This document shows positions 44,378-58,679 of a DNA stretch of 64,000 nt, piece by piece. The position numbers were made by a program, and so were the translations under genes. The notes below the pieces were generated by a model that was not told the DNA's origin, searched no databases, and was given only the letters and a program-made list of their open reading frames with translations. The DNA comes from Eledone cirrhosa (taxonomy: Eukaryota), in NCBI GenBank assembly GCA_964016885.1, contig OZ024740.1, positions 159,526,001 to 159,590,000 on the forward strand, in the 5' to 3' direction. Position 1 is the stretch's first letter. Each line of letters begins with the position of its first letter.

Positions 44378-44726
44378 TCATCATTTCATCATCATCATTT
44401 CATTTTACGTCCACTTTTCCCTGCTTGCAAGGGTGGGACAGGAACTGAATCTGGCTTGATTTCTACAGCTGGATGCCCTTCCTAACACCAACCTCATTTA
44501 CAGTGAGTGCTGGGTGCTTTTTTGCCGTGGCACCTCCACGACCACTTTGCAGTGGAATGATAGGACTCCAGTCCCTATCATCTCATTTCTACAGTTGAGT
44601 AAACTGGAGCAATGTGAAATAAAGTGTCTTGCTCAAGGAAACAACACATCACCCGGTCTGAGAATTGAACTCACAACCTTTCGATTGCAAGGCCAATGCT
44701 CTAACCACTAAGCCATATGCCTCCAT
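44378..44726 (-). mobile_element. tRNA-derived SINE with RTE-derived tail
   Basis: Near-identical to 14303-14650. Confidence 0.85.
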
Positions 44727-44781
44727 ATATATGTATATATTCACACATACACACATACACACACATATAGGTATATATTTT

Positions 44782-45470
44782 TATTATTATTATTGACTCT
44801 TTACTCTTGTTTGAGTGTAGAGGATCATTTCCCTTAGTTATGCACTCGTAGGTAACTCATCAGTCTAATTTGTGCACAAAAGAGCTGGGGGCAGTTTGGG
44901 CATCTCTTTTCAAAACTCAAAATAGGTTGTGCCCATTTTCACCTCCTTCCTTTGAAAGCTTCCTGTCCTGTGCATTAAACTCTCAGTTGTGCTCCAAGTC
45001 TCTGCTTTTGAGAGTTTGCATAAGTTGGTCTTTGTAGCACCTCTTTGGATCATCAAAATGGCATTTTTCTTCAGTTAGTTCACTGTAGAAAACTTTCTTT
45101 GGTAGCCTGTAGTCATTCAGATGAAAGGCTTCCAGTTTCTTTATATGTTTCCTGTACATACAGATCTGACAGCTATACAAAGGTGTGGGAGGTACCACAG
45201 CTTTATACACCATGAACTTTTCCAAATCTATGTTCTGGAAGACTCTCTTTTAAGCTGCCTAAATGCAGCATTTGCTGCCTGTTCCTCCATTTCATGTCTT
45301 TGCTTGATGTTGTATCCGTGTCTAGGACTGCTCTGAGGTAGGGAAATTCCACAAGGCTGACAAAGGCAGCCATATCATCGGCAAACTGAAGATCAGTCAC
45401 ACTGAAGGTCATGGTGTTTCTCCTAGATAGAAAGCAAGCAGTATTGACTCTGAGTGTCATGAGTCTTTCA
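44782..45470 (-). mobile_element. Heavily deleted RTE (BovB-like) LINE relic
   Basis: TDLQFADD; KFMVYKAVV..LY; RLPKKVFYSEL...PKRCYKDQL; (AAT)n tail. Confidence 0.75.
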
Positions 45471-45789
45471 TTTGTGGCTGTCGGACAGAGACTGTGTCTG
45501 GCAATTATCCCATTCCAGATGACAAATAGTTTTTATACATTTTAATTTTTGTTTCTCCTACAGTCTATGGGTGGCTGCTGGTTGTGGTAGATCAGCCAGC
45601 TTAAAAGAGATGACTCCAATTTTACTTGTTATTGTGTCAGTGTGTCATTGATTCACTGATTCTGTTGACCATCTTACTGTCACCACCATTGTAGAACTTC
45701 TGACACTATTGACTTTCCAAACCTGTCTCTTTCATGCATTTGGCATCACCAATGGACTTGTAGCTGTTGCCAATCTGCCACATGAGATT

Positions 45790-46161
45790 CGTAAGGAGCA
45801 TGACCTCTGGCATCATGCAGTAATACAGAAGACCCGACTTCCCATGGGAACAAGCCGAAGCCGAAGCATATAGACAATATGCCCCCATCCCCTCCCACTG
45901 CAAAGTGGTTATGAAGGTGTCACGACAAAAAAAGCACCTAGACCACACTGTAAAGTGGACATGTAGGCACCATGGAAAAAAAGCACCTAGCACTCACTGT
46001 AAATGAGGTTGGTGTTAGGAAGGGCACCCAGCTGTAGAAATCAAGCCAGAATCAGTTCCTGTATGAGCAAGACATGGTCAGCCGACCGGACACTGCCCAC
46101 AACAGGAAAACCCGTCTAACCCATGCTAGCATGGAATACCGGACGTATAACGGTGATGATG
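45790..46161 (+). mobile_element. RTE family B 3' end
   Basis: Matches the reverse complement of 14659-15030. Confidence 0.85.
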
Positions 46162-46163
46162 GT

Positions 46164-49100
46164 CACACACACACACACACACACACGCGCACACACACAC
46201 ACACGCGCACACACAGACACAGACACAGACAGACACAGACACAGACACAGACACAGACACAGACACAGACAGACAGACACAGACATACACAGACAAACAC
46301 AGACAGGCACAGACAGGCACAGACAGAGACAGACACAGACAGACAGACACAGACAGACAGACACAGACAGACAGACACAGACAGGCAGACACAGGCAGGC
46401 AGACACAGGCACAGACAGGCACAGACAGGCACAGACAGAGACAGACACAGGCAGGCACAGACAGACACAGACAGACACAGACAGGCAGACACAGGCAGGC
46501 AGATACAGGCAGGCAGACACAGACAGGCAGACACAGACAGGCAGACACAGACAGACACAGACAGACACAGACAGGCACAGACAGGCACAGAGAGGCACAG
46601 ACAGAGACAGACAGAGACAGAGACAGACACAGGCAGGCACAGATAGACACAGGCAGACACAGGCAGACAGACACAGACAGGCAGACACAGACAGGCAGAC
46701 ACAGACAGACAGACACAGACAGGCAGACACAGGCAGGCAGACACAGACAGGCAGACAGGCAGACACAGACAGGCAGACACAGACAGGCAGACACAGACAA
46801 GCAGACACAGGCAGGCAGATACAGGCAGGCAGACACAGACAGGCAGACACAGACAGGCAGACACAGACAGGCAGACAGAGACAGACAGACAGAGACAGAC
46901 AGGCAGACACAGACAGACAGACAGAGACAGACAGACAGAGACAGACAGACAGAGACAGACAGACAGACAGACAGAGACAGACAGACAGACACAGGCAGAC
47001 ACAGACAGACACAGACAGACACAGGCAGACACAGGCAGGCAGACAGAGACAGACAGAGACAGACAGACAGAGACAGACAGACAGAGACAGACAGACAGAG
47101 ACAGACAGACAGACAGAAACAGACAGACAGAGACAGACAGACAGACAGAAACAGACAGACAGAGACAGACAGGCAGACACAGACAGACAGACAGAGACAG
47201 ACAGACAGAGACAGACAGGCAGACACAGACAGACAGACAGAGACAGACAGACAGAGACAGACAGACAGAGACAGACAGACAGACACAGGCAGACACAGAC
47301 AGACACAGGCAGACACAGGCAGGCAGACAGAGACAGACAGACAGAGACAGACAGAGACAGACAGACAGAGACAGACAGACAGAGACAGACAGACAGAGAC
47401 AGACAGACAGACAGAGACAGACAGACAGAGACAGACAGACAGAGACAGACAGACAGAGACAGACAGACAGACAGAGACAGACAGACAGACACAGGCAGAC
47501 ACAGACAGACACAGACAGACACAGGCAGACACAGGCAGACACAGACAGACACAGACAGACACAGGCAGACACAGGCAGGCAGACAGAGACAGACAGACAC
47601 AGACAGACACAGACAGGCAGACACAGGCAGGCAGAGATAGACAGGCAGACACAGACAGACACAGACAGGCAGACACAGGAAGGCAGACACAGACAGGCAG
47701 ACACAAGCAGGCAGACACAGACAGGCAGACACAGACAGGCAGACACAGACAGACAGACACAGACAGGCAGACACAGACAGGCAGACAGAGACAGACAGAC
47801 ACAGACAGACACAGGCAGACACAGGCAGACACAGACAGACACGGACAGACACAGGCAGACACAGGCAGGCAGACATAGACAGACAGACAGAGACAGACAC
47901 AGACAGGCAGACACAGGCAGGCAGAGATAGACAGGCAGACACAGACAGGCAGACACAGGAAGGCAGACACAGACAGGCAGACACAGGCAGGCAGACACAG
48001 ACAGGCAGACACAGACAGGCAGACACAGACAGACAGACACAGACAGGCAGACACAGACAGGCAGACAGAGACAGACAGACAGAGACAGACAGACAGAGAC
48101 AGACAGACAGACACAGGCAGACACAGACAGACACAGGCAGACACAGGCAGGCAGACAGAGACAGACAGACAGAGACAGACAGAGACAGACAGACAGAGAC
48201 AGACAGACAGAGACAGACAGACAGAGACAGACAGACAGACAGAGACAGACAGACAGAGACAGACAGACAGAGACAGACAGACAGAGACAGACAGACAGAC
48301 AGAGACAGACAGACAGACACAGGCAGACACAGACAGACACAGACAGACACAGGCAGACACAGGCAGACACAGACAGACACAGACAGACACAGGCAGACAC
48401 AGGCAGGCAGACAGAGACAGACAGACACAGACAGACACAGACAGGCAGACACAGGCAGGCAGAGATAGACAGGCAGACACAGACAGACACAGACAGGCAG
48501 ACACAGGAAGGCAGACACAGACAGGCAGACACAAGCAGGCAGACACAGACAGGCAGACACAGACAGGCAGACACAGACAGACAGACACAGACAGGCAGAC
48601 ACAGACAGGCAGACAGAGACAGACAGACACAGACAGACACAGGCAGACACAGGCAGACACAGACAGACACGGACAGACACAGGCAGACACAGGCAGGCAG
48701 ACATAGACAGACAGACAGAGACAGACACAGACAGGCAGACACAGGCAGGCAGAGATAGACAGGCAGACACAGACAGGCAGACACAGGAAGGCAGACACAG
48801 ACAGGCAGACACAGGCAGGCAGACACAGACAGGCAGACACAGACAGGCAGACACAGACAGACAGACACAGACAGGCAGACACAGACAGGCAGACAGAGAC
48901 AGACAGACACAGACAGACACAGACAGACACAGGCAGACACAGGCAGACACAGACAGACACAGACAGACACAGACAGACACAGGCAGGCAAACAGAGACAG
49001 ACAGACACAGACAGACACAGACAGGCAGACACAGGCAGGCAGAGATAGACAGGCAGACACAGACAGGCAGACACAGGAAGGCAGACACAGACAGGCAGAC

Positions 49101-49685
49101 ACAGGCAGGCAGACAAGACAGGCAGACACAGACAGGCAGACACAGACAGGCAGACACAGACAGACAGACACAGACAGGCAGACACAGGCAGGCAGACACA
49201 GACAGGCAGACACAGGCAGGCAGACACAGACAGGCAGACACAGGCAGGCAGATACAGGCAGGCAGACACAGGCAAGCAGACACAGGCAAGCAGACACAGG
49301 CAGGCAGACACAGACAGGCAGACACAGGCAGGCAGACACAGGCAGGCAGACACAGGTAGGCAGACACAGGCCGGCAGACACAGGCCGGCAGACACAGGCA
49401 GGCAGACACAGACAGGCAGACACAGACAGGCAGACACAGGCAGGCAGACACAGGCAGGCAGACACAGACAGGCAGACACAGGTAGGCAGACACAGGCCGG
49501 CAGACACAGGCAGGCAGACACAGGCAGGCAGACACAGGCAGGCAGACACGGGCAGGCACAGACAGGCAGACAGAGACAGGCAGACACAGACAGGCAGACA
49601 GAGACAGACATACAGAGACAGACATACAGAGACAGACAGACAGAGACAGACAGACAAACACACACAGACAGAGAGAGAGAGAGAG

Positions 49686-49720
<35 letters not shown>
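46164..49720. repeat. Complex (CA)/(CAGA)/(CAGG) satellite ending in (GA)n
   Basis: Direct inspection; rare variants recur 828 bp apart. Confidence 0.95.
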
Positions 49721-49723
<3 letters not shown>

Positions 49724-50199
49724 AGCATAAAGTTTTCCCTGATTATGTAAAATACTATATTTTAGATGCTTTAGATTTTCATTGTTTTAATTGCTAAGTT
49801 TAAAGTTTTTCTGAACATATTTTACATTTTCTCTTCTACAAGTAGTAGTTGTAATTTTGTGAAACAAAAAGCTCAGTGGATTCTGTGGTTTCAAAGACCT
49901 TATGCTCACTCTGTATATATAACCTTATGATAAATCAAGGCATTTGGATGACTTGAAATTAGAAATGTTGAAATCCAAACACATATTGGCTTCAATGATC
50001 ATAGCATTAGAATTGGGTAAAATACCCTTAGGTACAGAAAATAAGTGGCCAGGTTGCTGGCTACCTATTTTCTCTCCCTATGAGTATTTTACTCAATCTT
50101 ATGCTTTGATCATTGTAGTGAATCTGCTTAGATTTCAACATTTCTAATTTCATATACATATAAAAAAACAAGTCTCCAAATATTTAATCGACAAAATAC

Positions 50200-51170
50200 A
50201 AGATACAATCCCTGAGAAAATACCTTTTACTAATGTCAATCCGAATATAAATGACAATAGACTTAACAATTATAATGGGTAAAATAATTAAAATTTTTAA
50301 AATAATGATTAAAAACACATAAGCGAAAGCAAAAGAATTCCATAAAATTATTACACAGTCAATTAGCTTTAGCAACTGGGTTAGTTACACATATGGAGCA
50401 CATTCAGATTGGGTATGGAGCTATTTGGTCTTTTAAGAATTTAATAATAATAGAGATATGAGCTTTAGATTACATCGTGATTTCACAATATTTTATGCAG
50501 AGTGGCTGGGAATTATATTATCCATAGATTCAGCTAAAGAAATGCCATGGGGGAAATGGCTTTCTATTTATTGATAGTTTATTGAACCTAGGACTGTTGC
50601 AAGAGTCAGGTGATGGATATTGAAGGCGCTCTGCTAAGAATAGATTACCACTTCTCAGAAAATTAAAAACAAATAATATTGGTTTGGATACCGGGTCATA
50701 CAGATATTAGCGGAAATAGGAAAGCAAATGAATTAGCAAAGGAGGGGGTAGAAAGGAAAATAACAGATATAGACCCAAATCTATCACAAGTGAAACCATT
50801 TAGTAAAAATAGAATTAATCAAGGGTGGGAAAATTTTGGGAAGAATCTAAAGATAAGCCCTCAAATTTCAATCCTTCACTTTCTCAACCAGATCTGACAT
50901 TTAAAATATATCAGACATTGGGCAATGTTAATAAAAACAGATATGCTGGCTTCAAACTGGACATATATCATTGAATTACATTTTATCAGAAACTGGTCAT
51001 AGAGAATCACCTATTTTCTTGTGGTGACTTCCCAGAAATTCCATGATACTATTTGTTTCAATGTAAAAACTATCAGTCTGAGAGAGGAGAAATCTTGAAG
51101 CCAACCATAAAAAAATTTACCAAGATTGGAGATACAATATATTGTAAAGGATCTACCAACTATAAACAAA
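50200..51170 (+). mobile_element. Degenerate RNase H-containing non-LTR retrotransposon relic (I-group-like)
   Basis: WIPGHTDISGNRKANELAK (50679-50897) matches the RNase H C-terminal motif; downstream LFQCKNYQSER resembles the end of a CCHC knuckle; boundaries approximate. Confidence 0.65.
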
Positions 51171-51679
51171 ATCTTTTTCATACTTATTTTGCCTCCAGTT
51201 GGCCTTCCTTATTTAAACTTGTTTATTTTATTTTAGTATCCACTTATCCTTTTATATCTTGTTTTTTGTTTCTTAACTGTAAAAAGTATTATATACTTCC
51301 CTATTCTGCTATGGTTTACTAGATTCTACGGACGCTTTAATTGATTAATTTAACACACACACACTTGTATATATGGAGAACAGATTTTCCTTTAGACACA
51401 CTGTATTAAAAACACAATTGTAATCTAGTTTTATTTATTTATTTATTTTTTTTTATATTTTTCTACAGGTCATTTAAAACAATAACGTTTCTAAATCCAT
51501 TATCGTCATTTCTTTACCTTCAAGATCTCATCTGCAAGATGTGAATCGTTGTTTTTTAATCAAATTATTATTTGAGCAATTTCTTCCAGAATTTTCTCAC
51601 ATTTTGTATTTGTTTTTCATTTTATTTTTTCTCTGAATCCAAACATTATATATCATATGGTCTTTCCTCTATATTGGGA

Positions 51680-51767
<88 letters not shown>

Positions 51768-53302
51768 AAATTTAACCAATTTACTTTTTATATTTTCTAT
51801 CTATAATCATTTCTTTATCTTAATTTGGATATTATTTCTGGATTAAAACCTATAAATTCATCACATTTTTTTTTATAATTTTGGTCTTTGGAGAAAAACA
51901 AAAATACGATGTTTGGTATCAAATATATTTTGATATAAGCCAATCAAATAACTAAATAAAAAATTAAAGATATTTATGAAAAATTGTCAATCTCTATATA
52001 TTTATCTTTAATTATTTATTGTAATGTATACATTTATAATTCAATATCTAAAAATAAATGTATATTAAAATTTTTATTTTGATTAATGACAGCACAAGAT
52101 TATTACCAAAATACTACTTTTCTCTTAGAGAAGTAATTTGAAAAATGAGATAGTAAAACCCTTTTATTTTTTAGAGCTTAGTGATACTTTAATTTAAGTG
52201 TCCCTGATACTTTAATTTTTCAGGGTTTCTGGGACTGGTGGTAGGGAATTATTCTCAAACCAGAGCCTTGGTTAAAATGCTTTTAGCAAAATCAACTCTG
52301 CTGAATGAACACAAGGTGCTGGTCATACTGTTAATCTATTCAATGAATTTGTCTACAACTCAAGATCTCAGAATACAAAACAACTGAACAAATAATACAA
52401 GGCATCTCATCTAACAGATAATTCTAGTAATTCAAAACTTTTAACTGGTATTTTATCCTATAATCCCTAAAAGGATGAAAGGTAAAGTTGACCATGATTG
52501 GATGTGAACACAGAACATACTAAACTGCAACAAATATCACATGATGTTTTATCCTAACATTTTAAAGACACTCACACTTTACCATCTATCATTTTATGAT
52601 TTAAAACCTATGACTTCATCACTTTTTATCAATTTGTTCTTTGAATGTAAACAAAAAAATTATGTTTGATATCAGAGATATTTTCATATACTTTGATAAA
52701 ATATCAACTTTATATAAAAACGATTAAAAGATATTTTAAAAATATTTCCCATACTTTTTCAGTTACATTAAAGCAAAAAATACAAGACAATTTATCAGAT
52801 TCTTTAAGGTGTAGGACAAAATAATTTTTCTGGCTCTCTGTACTTTGGGTTAAAACCACTCCCAAAGGCCTCTTTGTCTTTCATTCTATTTAGGAATTTG
52901 TTCTTTGAATGAAAACAAAAATATTTGATTTCAAGGATATTCTCATATAAATCAATGGACTATCAACCTTATATAAAATAAATTTTAAAGATATTTTAAA
53001 AACAACTATATTTATCTTTTACTTTTTATGACATAACTAATGGTTTTCTAATTTAATATTTGAAAACAATATTTATTAAAATGTTTTTCATTAAGCATTA
53101 ACATACGGTAAGTTATATCCGTTCAAATGCAAATTGTAATACCACTACAAGAAATTAGAGCAATACATTTTTTCCACCAGAAAAATACACTCTTCATGAG
53201 CAATCTTAAGAGTATTGACTACTCTTTAGTCTTGTCCATATACCACAATAAAATGTACCCTGTACACTCTATATATGAAATGGTAAAATTTGATTTACAG
53301 TA

Positions 53303-53455
53303 ATAATAATTGTTTCTACTTTTGGCACAAGGCCAGCAATTACCCAGTGTATTACTGGTACTTTATTTTATCAACCCCATAAGGATGAAAGGCAAAGTTA
53401 ACCTCGGCGGGATTTGAACTCAGAATGGCAAGGGCCGTAATTCTATACATCAAAG
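53303..53455 (-). mobile_element. Second SINE family copy
   Basis: Near-identical to the units at 20291-20775. Confidence 0.8.
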
Positions 53456-54686
53456 CACATCCACAATAATAATAATAATAATGGTGACAACTATAATAAC
53501 AGCAATAATAAAAAAAGGAAAGGAAACAAAAGGAAAATAGAATAGGGAAATATATAAAAAAGAGTAAAAGGAAAGAAAAAAGAACAGGAATGGAAACAAT
53601 GTAGGGTAGAGAGGAAATTTAGTATTATTGAGTACATAACAACCTCCTAGTGTTGGTACTGTGATGAAAGTCACTCAACACACTATGTAAAGTGATTAAT
53701 GAATAACTGGAGACATATGGGTGAGAAAAACCTTTAGTTCTGCCAAGAATATAGCAAACTCTCTAATGTCATTGCAACAGTAAAATATACTCAGCACATT
53801 GTAAAGTGGTTGATGTTGGGGAGAGCATCCATTCATAGAAACCATGCTACAAATTGAACACATAAGTGAGACATGGTCTTCTGACCTGTCTAGGGGACCA
53901 GAATAATATCTGACCTGGTCTATGATGACCTATCCAACCCATGTCAGGATGGAAAGTAGGATGGTTCTGATGGGTATAAATGATGATGATGGTTTTGGTA
54001 GTGTGTTCATTGTTTAATGATGGTGATGTTGTTAGTGATGGTGATGACAACAATGAATTGAATTTGAAAGACAAAATATCAAAATTTTATACATTATCAT
54101 AATATAATTTTTTCTTGTTAACATTTTGCTTTTCTACTCAAACTAACATTATTTAGTTACAATTTTATTTATTATTTATCATATTTTTTCTAAACAAAAT
54201 AATAGTAGAAATTATAAATGCTGACCCAGTGAACTGAATTGGTTTTAGTTGCTGCAAATATTTTTTTATAAATTTCTACTTTCTAATGATAAAATTTGTC
54301 TTTCATCATTCATCCATCTGTTATCTTCACAGGCAAAAAAAGGTGGAAAATGATTAAGTTTTTCTGCAATTAACCAATATAATTCTGAAGTGCAAATTGA
54401 TATTCTTTAAATGAGTTAGCCTTATTTTCAGGAAAGTAAGGGTTACAAATTAAACATCTGACTTTCAGATATCCACTGATATTATATATGTAGATGATTA
54501 ATTTTTCGAGGGTTGTTTCTGGTTTAATGGTTCAAAGTCTAGCACCTAAAAATACTTGGTTACTAAACCAGAACTAAAATGGAGATTAAGCATATTTTCA
54601 TGGCTGGATTAACCACTAAACAAAATAAGCATATGCTTAGAGCATCAAGGGAAGTGGAGCACCTTTTTATTCAAATTAAATGTCAT

Positions 54687-54890
54687 TTAACCCTTTAGCA
54701 TTTAAACCGGGTATATCTGGCCAAAATGCTCTCACCTCTTTCTGTTCAAACTGGCTGATGTTAAGGTATTGTTTTCAAAATAAATATCAAAATCTCGTAG
54801 ATTTGATTTTATGAGATATTATGTGAGATAAAGCATGTACCATGAAAATGCAATAGTATATATAGAGTAATGCAAATTCTAAAGGGTTAA
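54687..54890. mobile_element. piggyBac-type MITE
   Basis: TTAA-CCCTTTAG ... CTAAAGGG-TTAA. Confidence 0.8.
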
Positions 54891-57284
54891 AGAACATTTT
54901 GTTTTAAGTGCATAATGTCTCAAAAGGACTTAATTTTAAACACCTTTTGGTGGTTATGAGTGAATGAGTTTCTAGGTGGGCGTTCTGCTAGAAATAGAAG
55001 TTAGTTCTCTCTAACCATACTTTACTTGTCCTACAAAAGGACATGTCAGATAATGTTGTTCAAGATACATTATTCCAGAAGAAAATGTATGGCAATGGCT
55101 GACTTGTGACTAAAAAATGACAATAACTTTGTTGGTTATAATTTTTTATAAGCTAGTAGAGCAATGAATCTGCACAGGGGAAGTATACCCAAACAAGGTG
55201 AAATTTTGAATATTAGATATTGGAGGAGGGTGGCAATTTGAATAGGTTAATTAAGTTCAGATTTCCAAACTTCAACATATGAAAAATTTGAATATATTAT
55301 AATTCTAAATATTATGAATTTAAAACAGCATTGTTATATTGTTAATTAAAATCATATTTCTTTTGGAAAATTTCAAAATTCTACATTGTTTATTTATAAC
55401 ACCAAACATTTGAATATTGAGGTGGACATCAAATTGTTACATGGAGCAGGTTGTGTTGTATTTTTGAGGAAAATACTTCATTTCACTTTGCTTCCATAAA
55501 CTAAGCTAAAAATAAGTACCAGCGCAATCTGGAGATTAACCCTCTGATGGATTGACCTCTTGTCCAATTGGGGGAGGATTCATATATTTTAAATTGCTTA
55601 ACATGAATAAATCTAGGATAAGCACTAACCTGGTGAGCTTCAAAGCTTAGGAGAGACTAAGATTTTTTAGTGTGTCATAAATAAAAAAGAAATTAAGAAA
55701 CATTGCAATAAAGTGGTGAAGTAGAAGGAATATAGTGACGAAGTGAGGGGACTACAAAAAGTATTTGGGCATTGATTCAATCATCTATTTATTCTTCTAA
55801 CATTTTGTGTTGTTTATGTGGAAGAAATCATTACTTCAATAATAATAGGAATGGCTATATTGAGATGCTGCATTTGTTTCAAATGGCATTTATAGTCCTT
55901 TCTTTTACTTTTCTATACAGCCAGATATGCCCTTCTTTATCCCTTCCCCGTTGTCTTCATTATTTATATAATTAATTTTGAAACCTTAGATAATTTAACA
56001 ATAAGAAAATAAGAATATGAGTCCGAACAAAAAAGAAATTCTATAATTATTCTTTATCTGGCTAAATGTGTTACATTTGTAATGTAGTTAGAACTTAGCA
56101 TTACCCCTAGGGAGGAATACATATCTATATCTATTTATATATGCTTGTGGGGATAAACAAAGAAAGAAAAGTCAAATAGATATTGTATAAGTTACAATCA
56201 ATACCCCCAGTTTCATACAAGTGGTATTGTAGTTATTAGCCAAAAAATGTCTGCCAAAAACACTAACATCATGTAGGACATAATTATAAATTTTAATTTA
56301 ATTTTTAGTCAAAATACAGTTATATTTATTTTAATATGTATCTTGGTTGTTGATTTGTAACAAATTCTACTTATTACACTAATAATATATGCATATATAT
56401 TCGCAGCTATACAATGTTGAGCTTGCTGTTTTCAGCAACATACCATGTCCCACGTTTTGTTTAATAGGTACAGATTAGAGGCAACTAAAGGGTTAATATC
56501 AGAAGACTGATTCAGTCATTGTACTCTTCTTTAAAAAGTCCTATCAGACACATGCCAGCATGAAAAGGAAGGCATATTTATGATGATAAGCAGAATATAT
56601 CAGGCTAGAAGTGGTTGTAGCTTAGGATGATATATATATGTATATATATATATATATATATACCACATCTAACCCATGCTAGTGTGGAAGATGCATGTTA
56701 AATGACGATAATGATATATGAGCACGCGCGCACACGAACACGCACGCACGTATATATAATACCTTGTTGTAGAGGTAAGCTGTCCACTCAAAGGGTATAG
56801 TAAGGAAGATACAAGAGAAAGATAAGAAGTTTGCAGTATACAAAATACACATTCAGTTTCATAACTACTATTACTGCAACAGGATATATACCAACCCACA
56901 TAGAACAAATTATGATTGAATTTGGATTATTCAAAAAAAAAAAAGCATCTCCTTAATTCATAAGCTACAACTGACCATGATATCTGGAACCTACAAAACA
57001 GTAAATCTTTTTTTTATAATTCAATGGATAAAGGATTATTCGAAGGACAATGGAAGTATTCTTTACTTAACTCTTGACTGGCCACCTTCCTGAGTTGTAA
57101 ACACAAAATTAAACTCAATACATCACATAGACATACATAATACACAAACACACACGCAATTATCAACACTGCTCTACAGCTTGATGTCTGTCCTGACACC
57201 AACCCTTTTAGTTGCTTCTTTCATCACACATGGATAGGGTGTATTTATGTCAAACCACCCAGTTCATATATATATATATATATA

Positions 57285-57627
57285 TCATCATCATCATCAT
57301 TTCATTTTACGTCCGCTTTTCCCTGCTTGCAAGGGTGGGACGGGAACTGATTCTGGCTTGATTTCTACAGCTGGATGCCCTTCCTAACACCAACCTCATT
57401 TACAGTGAGTGCTGGGTGCTTTTTTGCCGTGGCGCCTACACGTCCACTTTGCAGTAGAATGATAGGGAACCCAGTCCCTATCATCTCATTTCTACAGCTG
57501 AGTAAACTGGAGCAATGTGAAATAAAGTGTCTTGCTCAAGGAAACAACACATCACCCGGTCTGAGAATTGAACTCACAACCTTTTGATTGCAAGGCCAAA
57601 GCTCTAACCACTAAGCCATGTGCCTCT
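57285..57627 (-). mobile_element. tRNA-derived SINE with RTE-derived tail
   Basis: Near-identical to 14303-14650. Confidence 0.85.
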
Positions 57628-58101
<474 letters not shown>

Positions 58102-58196
58102 ACTCATCATTTTCCATTTCTCCGAGAGTTATAAACCAGACTATCAGGCTGGAGGTTTCTTTAGTCTAAAATGCGTGGAGAGCTTATAATTTCTAA

Positions 58197-58233
<37 letters not shown>

Positions 58234-58274
58234 AGGGTGTTAAAGTTTGCTTGAAGCATTGTGAAATGTGTAAA

Positions 58275-58669
58275 ATATGTAGTTTAGAAAGCCACAAAAT
58301 GCAGATGGAAATCTCGAGGTAGGAAGTGAGTGAGAAATAGGAGAAAAGTGAAAATTGAGAGAAACGAAAATGAAAACAAAACAAAGGTAGAAGGGTTACC
58401 GTAGTGGAGATTTAATCCCAATATTTCGGGCTCACGCCCATCAACGTGGGAAAGTTCCAAAAGGGGAGGGACAGGCTAAGCCGGAGAAAGTTGTATTGTC
58501 GTTAAAACATAGGAATGCCGTTATGGGGAAAATTTCCCCATAACGGCATTCCTATGTTTGTTTTGTTTTCATTTTCGTTTCTCTCAATTTTCACTTTTCT
58601 CCTATTTCTCACTCGCTTCCTACCTCGAGATTTCCCATCTGCATTGTTGTGGCTTTCTAAACTACATAT
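58275..58669. mobile_element. Fold-back element with ~110 bp arms and a nested 27 bp hairpin
   Basis: 58275-58385 pairs with 58557-58669; 58505-58531 pairs with 58533-58559; decayed hammerhead-like GGGC-GUGA-GCCC GAAA on the minus strand at 58416-58450. Confidence 0.8.
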
Positions 58670-58679
58670 ATATATATAT

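Noticed and set aside
46116-49728. ORFs of 505-1200 aa rich in C/V/S/L or T/D/R/Q
   Set aside because: Translations of a CA/CAGA satellite that lacks stop codons in several frames at once; no sign of real coding.
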